A stretch of 64,000 bases of DNA from Eubacteriales bacterium. GTDB taxonomy: Bacteria > Bacillota > Clostridia > Oscillospirales > CAG-272. The position numbers were made by a program, and so were the translations under genes. The stretch covers positions 499 to 64,498 of the forward strand of contig JAZRGD010000087.1 of assembly GCA_045644045.1 (NCBI GenBank), read 5' to 3'. Positions 54,387 to 62,773 of this stretch are shown here, piece by piece; position 1 is the stretch's first letter, and every line of letters begins with the position of its first letter. Under the pieces are notes generated by a model. That model was not told the DNA's origin, searched no databases, and worked only from the letters and a program-made list of their open reading frames with translations.

Positions 54387-54743
54387 TCAAAGGTTATATT
54401 CTCCTGCCGTGAGGCCTATGATCAAGTCAAGGTCATCGGGCTGTACCTTCGCCTCGTGGGCGGCGCGACAACGGGAGGTGGCACCGCATTTTTCGCAACG
54501 ATGAACGATCACGTAGCCCTTTTTGGGGTGGGGCTCGGCACGGACGGGGCGAAGAGGGCCGCCGCATTCGTTGGCGCGGTCACCGGGGTTGATATCCACG
54601 TGAAGCGAATAGAGGCAAAAGGGGCAATGGTTGCGCGAGGTGTAGCCCAAGGGCAATACTTCCTTGCCGCAATGGGCGCAAACGAAGCCGTTGTCGTTTT
54701 TTTGAAACAGGGGGATGTCCATAGACTGCTCCTTTGCTAACAT
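54387..54743 (-). CDS. RNHCP domain-containing protein
   Basis: Contains the eponymous SRNHCPFC motif plus additional CxxC pairs (CAHCGK, CEKCG). An alternative start is at 54722 (MDIPLF). Confidence 0.75.
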   Translation of the reverse strand: MLAKEQSMDIPLFQKNDNGFVCAHCGKEVLPLGYTSRNHCPFCLYSLHVDINPGDRANECGGPLRPVRAEPHPKKGYVIVHRCEKCGATSRCRAAHEAKVQPDDLDLIIGLTAGEYNL

Positions 54744-54832
54744 TTGGTTGCTTTTCAGAATGATGCTTTGCGTGATGCCCCTTTTCCGCGCTCGCTTTGT
54801 GACGCGGAAAAGGAGTGGTCTTTCGAGTAAAA

Positions 54833-56212
54833 TTATTTTCCCACGCAGAATTTGCCGAATATGCCCGACACCACGTCCTCGCTGACGGCGCGGCCATCCG
54901 TTTCGGACAGGGCACTGAGTGCCAGCTCCAAATCGCTGACAGCGGCATCGGCCGCGGTGCCTGCGCGAAGGGCGACAAGGGCGGTCTCCGTGTAAGAGAT
55001 GGCGGCGGCAACAGCCGCGTGCTGTCTGGCGGAGGAAAGAACGGCATCCTCACCGATGCGAAGTGCTCCGTCGGTGAAGCGATCATCAATATGCGCGGAG
55101 AGAGAAGCGGTGTCACCCGTCTTTGCGCTGATGGGCAGAACGGCATCAAACCGTCCCGTAAGACGGGCGATGTCAAAGGCGGAGGGGAGGTCGCTCTTGT
55201 TTAAGAGGGCGATCTTGTATCCGTCAAGACCGTCTATAAAGTCAAGCAATGCCTCGTCCTCGCCGTCAAAGGGCAGGGAAGAGTCGAACAACGCAAGGAT
55301 CAGCTCTGCCGCCTTGGCGGTCTCGCGACTGCGGGAAACGCCGATTTTTTCTACGGGGTCGTCGGTTTCACGCACACCTGCGGTGTCCGAGAGACGCAAA
55401 AGCGTCTTTCCTAAGGCCACCGTATCCACCAGCACATCCCGTGTGGTGCCTGCGTATTCGGTCACGATGGCGGCATCCTTGCCGCAAAGAAGGTTGTATA
55501 ACGAGCTTTTTCCCGTGTTTGGCTTGCCGAGCAGTACGGTGGGGATGCCTTCCGCGATGGCGCGGCCCGTCTCATAGGTGGCGGCGAGACGCTTTGCGTC
55601 CGCCAGGACGGCTTCTGCCTCGACGGCGATCTCCTCGTTATTTAAGTCGGCCAGATCCTCGTCGGGATAGTCGATCTTGGCATATACGGCACTGATAAGC
55701 GACGACAGCCTGTCGTAAAGTGAGGCGAGTGCTTCCGACAGCCTCGTGCGAGAGCCTCGCTCGAAAAGCTTCACTTGCGCAAAGCTCTTGGCGTCGAGCA
55801 GCTCCCCGATGGCTTCTGCTTCGGTGAGGGTCAGCTTGCCGCTCACCAGGGCGCGGCGGGTAAACTCTCCACGCTCGGCAGGGCTTGCGCCTGCCTCAAA
55901 CAGAGCGGCCAAAATCGTTTTGGCTACCATCATGCTACCGTGACAGGTGATCTCGGTCACGTCCTCACCGGTATAAGAATGAGGGGCCGGAAACACGGTG
56001 ACCAAAACGTCGTCCACAGGCACACCGCGATAAAGCAGATCGCCGTAAACGGCGGTGCGGGGAAGAGCCTCGGTAAGAGGCTTGCCGTTCTTTGCCTTGA
56101 AGCATGCGTCCGTGATGGCGATAGCCTCCGCGCCACTGGTGCGGATAAGGGCAACCCCACCCTTACCGGGTGGGGTTGACAATGCGCTGACGGTAGCGTT
56201 AAAGCTCCTCAT
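54833..56212 (-). CDS. mnmE: tRNA uridine-5-carboxymethylaminomethyl(34) synthesis GTPase MnmE
   Basis: G1 motif GKPNTGKSSLYNLL, DTAGVRE, NKSDL, and the C-terminal FCVGK motif. Confidence 0.95.
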   Translation of the reverse strand: MRSFNATVSALSTPPGKGGVALIRTSGAEAIAITDACFKAKNGKPLTEALPRTAVYGDLLYRGVPVDDVLVTVFPAPHSYTGEDVTEITCHGSMMVAKTILAALFEAGASPAERGEFTRRALVSGKLTLTEAEAIGELLDAKSFAQVKLFERGSRTRLSEALASLYDRLSSLISAVYAKIDYPDEDLADLNNEEIAVEAEAVLADAKRLAATYETGRAIAEGIPTVLLGKPNTGKSSLYNLLCGKDAAIVTEYAGTTRDVLVDTVALGKTLLRLSDTAGVRETDDPVEKIGVSRSRETAKAAELILALFDSSLPFDGEDEALLDFIDGLDGYKIALLNKSDLPSAFDIARLTGRFDAVLPISAKTGDTASLSAHIDDRFTDGALRIGEDAVLSSARQHAAVAAAISYTETALVALRAGTAADAAVSDLELALSALSETDGRAVSEDVVSGIFGKFCVGK

Positions 56213-57245
56213 CTGCGGTTTCTTCCGTGACTGTCGTCTCTGCCTCGGCGGTCTCCGTGGTGGCGGTCTCTACCGTCTCCTCTACGGGGGCGGCCGTCTC
56301 GGTCTCCTCGATAGCGGGGGCCTCCTCGGCGGTTTCGGCGGGCTTCTCGTTGGTTACGTAAATGACGATCTTACGGTTGTTGTCCGAGCCGATAGAATTG
56401 GTGGCAACACCCTCAATTCCCTGTACCTCGGAGTGAATGATTCGTCTTTCATATGCGCTCATGGGCTCGAGCATCACGTTCTTGCCGTTGCGCAGAGCCT
56501 TAGCGGCCATCTTGCGCGCCAGGGCGCGGAGCGTTTCCTCTCTCTTTGCGCGATAGCCCTCAATGTCGATGGTCACACGGCGGCGGTCACGCTCACCGGC
56601 GGCATTCTTCTTTGCGCTGGACAGGTTGGCAAGATACTGCAAGGAATCAAGTGCCTCGCCGTGGTGTCCGATCAGAACGGAAGCACCCTCACCCGAGATG
56701 GTGATGCGGCGGGAGTTGTCCTCGCAATGGAAGAGAGAAACGGTGGCGTCGATGCCAAGGTTCTCCACCAAGCTCTTAACGAAATCAAATGCCAGATCCT
56801 CGCCCTCCGCTACGGTGACGGGCTCCATCTTCAGCTCGGACTCGGGAATCACCGCCTCACGGGGCTTGGAGGGGGTAGCGGGTGCCACGAAATCGTGAAG
56901 CACACGGCTGTCACGGCCACGGCCGCCACGGCCACGGCGGCGGTTTCTGCTTCTGCCGGAGCGCTCGCCACCCTCGGTGGAGGGAGCGGCCTCCTCGCCC
57001 TCTGCCTTCTCACGGGCGGGCTTCGCCTTGGGGGCGCCGCCGTGCTGACGGGGGGCTACGGTGTCGGGCAGCTCGATCCAGGCCCTCACCTTGGTGGGGC
57101 GGGCACCAATGCCGAAAATACCCTTGCTTCCTAAATCCTCGATCTCGTAGGAGATGTCGGCAAGATCATCTGCGCCTAATGCGGCGATGGCGTTTTGCAC
57201 GGCAAGCTCCAGATCCTTGCCGGTAGCCAGAATTTCTTTTCTCAT
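56199..57245 (-). CDS. jag: RNA-binding protein Jag/KhpB (Jag-N, KH and R3H domains) with disordered insertions
   Basis: Jag_N start MRKEILATGKDLELAVQNAI. R3H region YERRIIHSEVQGIEGVATNSIG. An RGG/Arg-rich linker (SGRSRNRRRGRGGRGRD) and an acidic Thr/Glu-rich tail. Confidence 0.85.
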   Translation of the reverse strand: MRKEILATGKDLELAVQNAIAALGADDLADISYEIEDLGSKGIFGIGARPTKVRAWIELPDTVAPRQHGGAPKAKPAREKAEGEEAAPSTEGGERSGRSRNRRRGRGGRGRDSRVLHDFVAPATPSKPREAVIPESELKMEPVTVAEGEDLAFDFVKSLVENLGIDATVSLFHCEDNSRRITISGEGASVLIGHHGEALDSLQYLANLSSAKKNAAGERDRRRVTIDIEGYRAKREETLRALARKMAAKALRNGKNVMLEPMSAYERRIIHSEVQGIEGVATNSIGSDNNRKIVIYVTNEKPAETAEEAPAIEETETAAPVEETVETATTETAEAETTVTEETADEEL

Positions 57246-57270
57246 ATCAGATCACTTTCCTTGTTGTTGC

Positions 57271-58353
57271 TTATTTTTTCTTTTTGTTTTTCTTGTTGGC
57301 GGTGATGGGCGCTTCAGGCTCCTCACGGTCAAACTTGGACACGATCTCGGGCACGTATGCGTCGTCCTCGTCGTCATCGTCGTCAATGTGATGCAGAGAC
57401 TTAGGGCTGACGGCACCGCTTCTCATAGCGGCACGGGCGGCCTCTTGCTTTGCCTTTTCGGCTCTCTGAATGGCGCGAAGCTCCTCCTCCGTGTAGGTGG
57501 GGAGAGGCATTGCCTTGGACAGAGCAAACTGCTGTGCCACGCCGAGAACGGACTGGTAGATCCAGTACACGCCGAGGGCGGCGGGCAGCTTAAGGGCAAT
57601 CCAGAAGGACATAAGGGGCATCATCAGGTCCATGATGATGTTGGAGGTGCGCATCTCGGGGGTGTTTGCCTGCGCGGCGGGGTTGTTGCCCATCAGCTTG
57701 CGGGAGATCTTCATCGAAACGAAGGAGGACACGAAGGTAAGGATGGGGATGATGATCAGCCAGGAAATGGGCGAGAAGGTGGGGGTGGCGGTCAGGTCAA
57801 GACCAAAGAGACCGAAGTTTACCTCGGTGATCTTGCTGAAATCAAAATTCGCCACGTCCGCGAATTTTTCGGCACCCAGCTCTTCAATTTTGTTCAGCAG
57901 AGCGATCTCCGTGGCACTCTTGGAAAGGCCGTTTGCCTCGGCAACGGTGCGCAGAGCGGCAATGGTAGTTTTGCCAAACTGACAAATATGGGTCAAGGGG
58001 TTTTGTACGACGCCGTACAGAATGATAATGATAGGAAGCTGGATGAGAAGGGGCAGACAGCCTGCCATGGGAGAAACGCCCTCGGCCTGCTGCAGTGCCA
58101 TGATCTCCTGTTGCTTCTTTTCAAGCGTCTTGCGGTCGGTGCGCCCGGCATACTTCTTTTCGATGGCGGCCATCTTAGGGCGAAGCTTGGCCGTGCGGAT
58201 CTGGGTCTTTTGCTGCTTGATGGAAAGGGGAAGCATGACCACCTTCACCACCAACGCAAACAGAAGCAGAGCCACGGCGTAGCTACCCGTGAATTGGTTG
58301 AAGACACGCATCAAAAAGGCAAAGGGCCAAGCGATAATTTCACCAAAGCTCAT
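57271..58353 (-). CDS. yidC: membrane protein insertase YidC/Oxa1 family
   Basis: Typical short Gram-positive YidC core (KQQKTQIRTAKLRPKMAAIEKKY, MAGCLPLLIQLPI), with a long acidic/basic C-terminal tail. Confidence 0.9.
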   Translation of the reverse strand: MSFGEIIAWPFAFLMRVFNQFTGSYAVALLLFALVVKVVMLPLSIKQQKTQIRTAKLRPKMAAIEKKYAGRTDRKTLEKKQQEIMALQQAEGVSPMAGCLPLLIQLPIIIILYGVVQNPLTHICQFGKTTIAALRTVAEANGLSKSATEIALLNKIEELGAEKFADVANFDFSKITEVNFGLFGLDLTATPTFSPISWLIIIPILTFVSSFVSMKISRKLMGNNPAAQANTPEMRTSNIIMDLMMPLMSFWIALKLPAALGVYWIYQSVLGVAQQFALSKAMPLPTYTEEELRAIQRAEKAKQEAARAAMRSGAVSPKSLHHIDDDDDEDDAYVPEIVSKFDREEPEAPITANKKNKKKK

Positions 58354-58724
58354 GTTGTTTCCTTGCGGCTTACGTAGGGTAAATCCGCAACCTTTCTTTT
58401 CTTCTTTCTTTTCTCCACCGTGACGGCGGAGGGAACACCTTGCTTGCTTCCCGTGACGGAAGCCGTCTCACCCGTTTTCATGCGAATGAGGTCGATCCTT
58501 TTCTTAGGATACCCCCTGGGGACAGGGTCGTATCCCGCCTTACAATAGGGATTGCACCGCACGACGCGGGCAACCGTCAGACCAAACCCCACAAAAAAGC
58601 CCCGATACTTAAATGCGTCAAGCGCATAGGCAGAGCAGGTCGGTGTGAACCTGCAGCATGGCGGTTTAAGGGGTGAGATAAATCTTCGGTAAAACCGAAT
58701 GAGGAGCATACAAAGCCGTTTCAT
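58350..58724 (-). CDS. yidD: membrane protein insertion efficiency factor YidD (extended C-terminus)
   Basis: RFYRRFISPLKPPCCRFTPTCSAYALDA motif. 124 aa versus the usual 70-85. Overlaps both the rnpA stop and the yidC start. Confidence 0.85.
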   Translation of the reverse strand: MKRLCMLLIRFYRRFISPLKPPCCRFTPTCSAYALDAFKYRGFFVGFGLTVARVVRCNPYCKAGYDPVPRGYPKKRIDLIRMKTGETASVTGSKQGVPSAVTVEKRKKKRKVADLPYVSRKETT

Positions 58725-59107
58725 GACGCGTTGGGGACAAGCAGATTCAGCTTGTCCAAGGCATAAAAGAGATCCTTCGCAATGTCGGTGGAGGAAAGAG
58801 GCACCGCCTTTTCCCTGGCGGCAATGACGATGAGAAAGCCTGTCTTGACCTGCCTTTTTTTCATGACCTGTCTGAGACCCTCCCTGAGGATTCGCTTCAC
58901 GCGGTTGCGCGTGACGGCACCGCCCAGCTTTTTGGAGACGGTGAGACCGATGCGGTTGACTCTCTTTTTCTGCGGATGGGCGCGGCGAAGCGCCTCGGCC
59001 TTGAAGTCCGGCAGTACGTAGACTGCCACGTTGGGCGTGACCGCCCGTTTTCCTTTGGAATACGCTTTGGAATACAGATGATTTTCACAGATGGCGCGGA
59101 ATTTCAT
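58721..59107 (-). CDS. rnpA: ribonuclease P protein component
   Basis: Start at the ATG at 59107 (MKFRAICENHLYSKAYSKGKR). The RNR motif region is VTRNRVKRILRE. Positioned between rpmH and yidD. Confidence 0.85.
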   Translation of the reverse strand: MKFRAICENHLYSKAYSKGKRAVTPNVAVYVLPDFKAEALRRAHPQKKRVNRIGLTVSKKLGGAVTRNRVKRILREGLRQVMKKRQVKTGFLIVIAAREKAVPLSSTDIAKDLFYALDKLNLLVPNAS

Positions 59108-59190
59108 GTTGTCACCTGCCGTTTTGGTTTTGATAAGAAAAAACTCCGATAAACACACGGCGTGGATTTATCGGAGGTTGTGGACAGCGA

Positions 59191-59325
59191 TCAATAGGTG
59201 AGTCTGGCTCTTCCCTTGGCGCGTCTTCTCTTAAGGACCTTTCTGCCGTTAGCAGTGGACATTCTCTTTCTGAAGCCGTGCTCCTTCTTTCTCTGTCTCT
59301 TCTTGGGCTGATACGTTCTCTTCAT
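59191..59325 (-). CDS. rpmH: 50S ribosomal protein L34
   Basis: Not in the ORF track because it is under 60 aa. The minus strand translates to [57 protein letters not shown]. Confidence 0.95.
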   Translation of the reverse strand: MKRTYQPKKRQRKKEHGFRKRMSTANGRKVLKRRRAKGRARLTY

Positions 59326-59408
59326 GAGCGGCACCTCCTTTATTCATTTCGTTAGGATTGCGAGTTATGCGTTTGGCATTCCACGCGTATTCATACAAAG
59401 ACTACTGT

Positions 59409-59437
59409 ATTATACCCGAAAAAAAGCCGTTTGTCAA
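59409..59437 (-). promoter_or_regulatory. consensus sigma-A promoter of rpmH-rnpA
   Basis: Minus strand reads TTGACA-17 nt-TATAAT, exact consensus, about 80 nt upstream of the rpmH ATG. Confidence 0.55.
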
Positions 59438-59443
59438 GTGTTT

Positions 59444-59472
59444 TTGCCAAATTTTTTTCTATTTTATATAAG
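59444..59472 (+). promoter_or_regulatory. candidate divergent promoter reading into the repeat array
   Basis: TTGCCA-17 nt-TATAAG. The predicted start (about 59480) coincides with the left arm of the inverted repeat. Confidence 0.3.
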
Positions 59473-59480
59473 AAAGAATA

Positions 59481-59520
59481 AAAAGCACCGCGATTAGCGT
59501 GTTATCCTTAACGGAGAACA
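59481..59520 (+). repeat. left arm of an imperfect ~40-nt inverted repeat
   Basis: AAAAGCACCGCG...TTAACGGAGAA. The reverse complement of 59826..59865 reads AAAAGCACCGCG...TTAGCGGAGAA. That gives a perfect 12-nt terminus and an 11-of-12 inner block. Confidence 0.7.
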
Positions 59521-59524
59521 CGCA

Positions 59525-59684
59525 ATGAATTGCAACCTTGCGGTTGCGTGAATTGAAAGCCGTGCTTTCGTGAATTGCCTGCGGCATGAATTGTGCCTAA
59601 CGGCACATTGGTTGCAATTCAATTCATGGAGCGAAGCGAGAATTCATGGCAAAGCCAATTCATGATGCGTCAGCATCAATTCAT
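59525..59684. repeat. ordered array: four RTGAATTG copies then four CAATTCAY copies, each followed by a different mini-hairpin
   Basis: RTGAATT sits at 59525, 59548, 59570 and 59586. AATTCAT sits at 59621, 59641, 59657 and 59678. The spacers are self-complementary: GCAACC-ttgc-GGTTGC, GAAAG-ccgtg-CTTTC, GCC-tgc-GGC, GTGCC-taa-GGCAC, GGC-aaa-GCC, GATGC-gtca-GCATC. Confidence 0.85.
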
Positions 59685-59698
59685 CAATAAAGCAAACC

Positions 59699-59745
59699 GA
59701 GCAAGAATATAAGGATTTTCTCCTTGTACTCTTGCTCTCTTTCTG
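59699..59745 (+). terminator. candidate plus-strand terminator downstream of the array
   Basis: GAGCAAGA-atat-AAGGA-ttttc-TCCTT-gtac-TCTTGCTC followed by TCTTTCT (an interrupted U tract). Confidence 0.35.
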
Positions 59746-59825
59746 CTTGTATAAGGGTTTGGGCTTAGCCCATTTTGCATTTGACCAGACATATGCGATG
59801 CTCGCACTTAGTAAGGGTTTTCAAA

Positions 59826-59865
59826 TTCTCCGCTAAGAACATCACCCATTCCGCGCGGTGCTTTT
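59826..59865 (-). repeat. right arm of the imperfect inverted repeat
   Basis: See 59481..59520. It ends 6 nt from the potD stop codon. Confidence 0.7.
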
Positions 59866-59871
59866 GAAAAA

Positions 59872-61158
59872 TCAATAATATTTCTCGCGTAGCCTTTTGC
59901 GAACGGTAAAGAAGAGAAGGGCACCGAGCAAGGCGGCAACGATGACGATGTCCGTCACAATGATCCAAGGCTCGGTGGAGCTTTCCACCTTCAGCTCCGA
60001 CCAAAGACTGTTGGTAAAGTCGAGAAGGTTGCCGTTCTCCGCCGTATTGGCAATGGCAGTATAGAAGGAGACCTTCAGCGCGTCCTCCTCCGCCTCCACG
60101 TCCTTCAAGTCCTCGTAATTGGAAACGTGGACCTTGTTGCCGTAAAGGATATCCATGGCCTCCTCGCCCATTTCATCGATATAGTCGGGGTTTTCCCTCA
60201 CCGCGTTGTTGGGAGAGCCGTAGTAGGTGTAAAGGGCGTTGGCGATGGCAGGCTCCTCCGTCAGCATGAAGTCGATGTAGGCGTGCGCCGCCTCCACGTT
60301 CTTGGCACAGGTGGGGATGCACATGGCGTCAACGAAGATATTGGTCCCCTCCTCGGGATAATAGAAGGCAAGGGAGTCGTTGGTGTCGTACATGGTGAAA
60401 TAGTCGCCCGAATAATAGGGGGCGATATAAGAGGAGGCAGAGCCCATCTTATTAAATATCTCATCCATGACGTAGGCCTGCACCAAGGGCTTTTGCTCCA
60501 TCAAAAGCTCTTGCGCCTCGGTCCATTTCGCGTGGTCGGTGGTGTTCACCGAGTAGCCGAGACGGTAAAGGGCAGTGCCGAAGGCGTCGCGGGGATTGTT
60601 GAACTGCAGGATCTTTCCGGCGTACTTTTCATTCCACAAAAGATCCCAAGAGCCGATGTCCTCCTCATCCACGTGGTCGGTGTTGTAAATGATGCCCACC
60701 ATAGAGTAGGTGTAGGGCACGGAATACACGCCACCCACGTCGTAGGTGCCGTACTCCGTCCAGAACTTCCCGTCGATGTTCTCACGGTGGGGAAGCAGGT
60801 CGTGGTCAAGGGGCAGAAGCATATTTTCGCTGATCATGCGCTCGATCATATACTCGGAGGGCACGATCACGTCGTAGGAGGCACTGCCACTGGAGAGCTT
60901 GTTGTACATATCCTCGTTGGAGGCGTAGGTGGAATAGTTCACCTTGATCTTGTACCCGTATTCCTCTGCCAGATTTTCGTTGAAGTATTCCTCGAACAAG
61001 GCGTTGGTATCGGGCAGATCGTAGGAGCCGTCGGAGATGTACTGTCCCCAGTTGAATACGTTGAGGGTCACGGTCTCTGTCTTTTCACCGCAGCCGACTA
61101 AGGAAAAGAGGGAAAAAAGAAGGATCAAGACGCAGAAAATGCAAAGAACTCTTTTCAT
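59872..61158 (-). CDS. potD: spermidine/putrescine ABC transporter substrate-binding lipoprotein with a C-terminal TM helix
   Basis: Lipobox LFSLVGC|G and a PotD/PotF-like body. The C-terminus is WIIVTDIVIVAALLGALLFFTV followed by RKRLREKYY. Confidence 0.85.
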   Translation of the reverse strand: MKRVLCIFCVLILLFSLFSLVGCGEKTETVTLNVFNWGQYISDGSYDLPDTNALFEEYFNENLAEEYGYKIKVNYSTYASNEDMYNKLSSGSASYDVIVPSEYMIERMISENMLLPLDHDLLPHRENIDGKFWTEYGTYDVGGVYSVPYTYSMVGIIYNTDHVDEEDIGSWDLLWNEKYAGKILQFNNPRDAFGTALYRLGYSVNTTDHAKWTEAQELLMEQKPLVQAYVMDEIFNKMGSASSYIAPYYSGDYFTMYDTNDSLAFYYPEEGTNIFVDAMCIPTCAKNVEAAHAYIDFMLTEEPAIANALYTYYGSPNNAVRENPDYIDEMGEEAMDILYGNKVHVSNYEDLKDVEAEEDALKVSFYTAIANTAENGNLLDFTNSLWSELKVESSTEPWIIVTDIVIVAALLGALLFFTVRKRLREKYY

Positions 61159-61961
61159 TTCTTCTCCTTTCTCTCGCCCTTTGCCGCCACCACGTTAGAG
61201 AGGATCAAAAGAAGCAGAATGACGATGACCAGCAGGGTGAACAAGGCGTAGATATCGGGCTTTACGGGCTTTTTCGTGTAATTGTAGATCAAAACGGGTA
61301 AGGTCTTGTACACGTCGCCGCCGTTGAAGAGTGAGATCACGAAGTCATCAAGGGAGAGGGTGAAGGCCATAATGAAGCCCGAAACCACGCCCGGCATAAT
61401 GTTGGGCAGCTCCACCTTGAAGAAGGATTTGAGAGGGGTGCATCCAAGATCCTGCGCCGCCTCGGGCAGAAACTTGTCCATTTGACGGATCTTGGGGGCG
61501 ACCGATAAAAGCACGTAGGGCAGGTTAAAGGTGGTATGGGCGATAAGCAGAGTAAAGAAGCCCATATTTACCTCGGTACTGCCAAAGACCTTGGTGCTGA
61601 TAAAGACGAACAGGAGCATAAGGGAAATACCCGTTACGATCTCGGGGTTCATCATGGGAATATCGGTCACAGAGCGAATGGCGGTCTTGGCAAAGCGGTT
61701 GCGAAGCTTGGAAAGCCCCACGGCGGCAAGCGTACCGATGACGGTGGACAAAACGCCGGAGCAAAGTGCCAAAACAAGGCTGTTCTTCAGTGCCTCGAAA
61801 AGCTCGGGCTTTTCAAACAAAGCACCGTACCAACGGAATGAGAGTCCCTCAAAGACCGAGGTGCTGTCACCGCTGTTAAAGGAAAAGAGGATCAGGACCG
61901 CGATGGGAACGTACAAAAGCAGATACACCACGGTCATATAAGAGCGGGCAAACCATTTCAT
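61155..61961 (-). CDS. potC: spermidine/putrescine ABC transporter permease
   Basis: 6-TM MetI-like permease with the EAA loop ([20 protein letters not shown]). Overlaps its neighbours by 4 nt. Confidence 0.85.
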   Translation of the reverse strand: MKWFARSYMTVVYLLLYVPIAVLILFSFNSGDSTSVFEGLSFRWYGALFEKPELFEALKNSLVLALCSGVLSTVIGTLAAVGLSKLRNRFAKTAIRSVTDIPMMNPEIVTGISLMLLFVFISTKVFGSTEVNMGFFTLLIAHTTFNLPYVLLSVAPKIRQMDKFLPEAAQDLGCTPLKSFFKVELPNIMPGVVSGFIMAFTLSLDDFVISLFNGGDVYKTLPVLIYNYTKKPVKPDIYALFTLLVIVILLLLILSNVVAAKGERKEKK

Positions 61962-62773
61962 CGGAGCATCCTCCCTTCCTCATTGTCGTCGGCAAAGCGG
62001 TTCATGACCGCCATGGACAAAAGGATCAGCACCATCATCACCAGGGAGATGGCGGCACCCACGTTGTAGGTCAGAGGGTTGGAGAAGAGCCTTTCGATGG
62101 TGTCACCGATCAGCTCGAAGGTACCGCCGCCCAGCTTTTGAGAAATGTAGAAGGTGCTGATGGAGGGGGCGAATACCATGGTCACACCCGAGATGATGCC
62201 CGAGCGGGTCAGGGGAAAGACGACCTTGGTCATGACCTGCAGGGTGTTGCAGCCAAGGTCCTGTGCCGCCTCAAGGAGACGGTTGTCCAGCTTGGACATG
62301 ACGGTGTAGATGGGCAAGATCATATAGGGCAAGAAATCGTACACCATGCCGAAAATGACCGCTCCCTTGGTGCCCACGATGTGAAAATCCGTGCCGAGGA
62401 GGGAGTTTAGCATACCGCCGTCGTCGAGGAGTGCCATCATGGAATAGGTGCGGATCAGAAGATTGATCCACATGGGAAGCATGGCCGCCGTCAAAAGCAG
62501 CTTTTGATGCTGCGGTTTAGCGCGGGAAATGAAATACGCCATGGGATAGCCGATGAGGACGCAGATCACCGTAGCGATCAGCGACAGGCTGACGGACAGG
62601 AAAAAGGTCCCCGCATGTTCACCGAGAGCACCGAGATTTTCAAGCGTAAAGGCACCGTTGACGTCGGTCAAGGCGTAATACAGCACGAAAAGCAGGGGAA
62701 AGATGATGAACATCACCGCCCATACCACGTGTGGCGCGGCGGCGGCACGTGCGAACAGCGATCTTTTATTCAT
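61958..62773 (-). CDS. potB: spermidine/putrescine ABC transporter permease
   Basis: Start at the ATG at 62773 ([18 protein letters not shown]). EAA loop [20 protein letters not shown]. Confidence 0.85.
   Translation of the reverse strand: MNKRSLFARAAAAPHVVWAVMFIIFPLLFVLYYALTDVNGAFTLENLGALGEHAGTFFLSVSLSLIATVICVLIGYPMAYFISRAKPQHQKLLLTAAMLPMWINLLIRTYSMMALLDDGGMLNSLLGTDFHIVGTKGAVIFGMVYDFLPYMILPIYTVMSKLDNRLLEAAQDLGCNTLQVMTKVVFPLTRSGIISGVTMVFAPSISTFYISQKLGGGTFELIGDTIERLFSNPLTYNVGAAISLVMMVLILLSMAVMNRFADDNEEGRMLR

Noticed and set aside
54779-54813. The hairpin CCTTTTCCGCG...CGCGGAAAAGG between mnmE and the RNHCP gene as a terminator.
   Set aside because: The stem is good, but no U-tract follows on either strand. 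It may be a processing or stability element, but I cannot support calling it a terminator.
59525-59684. The RTGAATTG array as a CRISPR array or as oriC DnaA boxes.
   Set aside because: The repeated unit is only 7-8 nt with 9-16-nt spacers, and it switches orientation halfway. This is incompatible with CRISPR repeats, and there are no cas genes. The word does not resemble the DnaA box TTATCCACA, and only one 7-of-9 match (59502) exists in the region.
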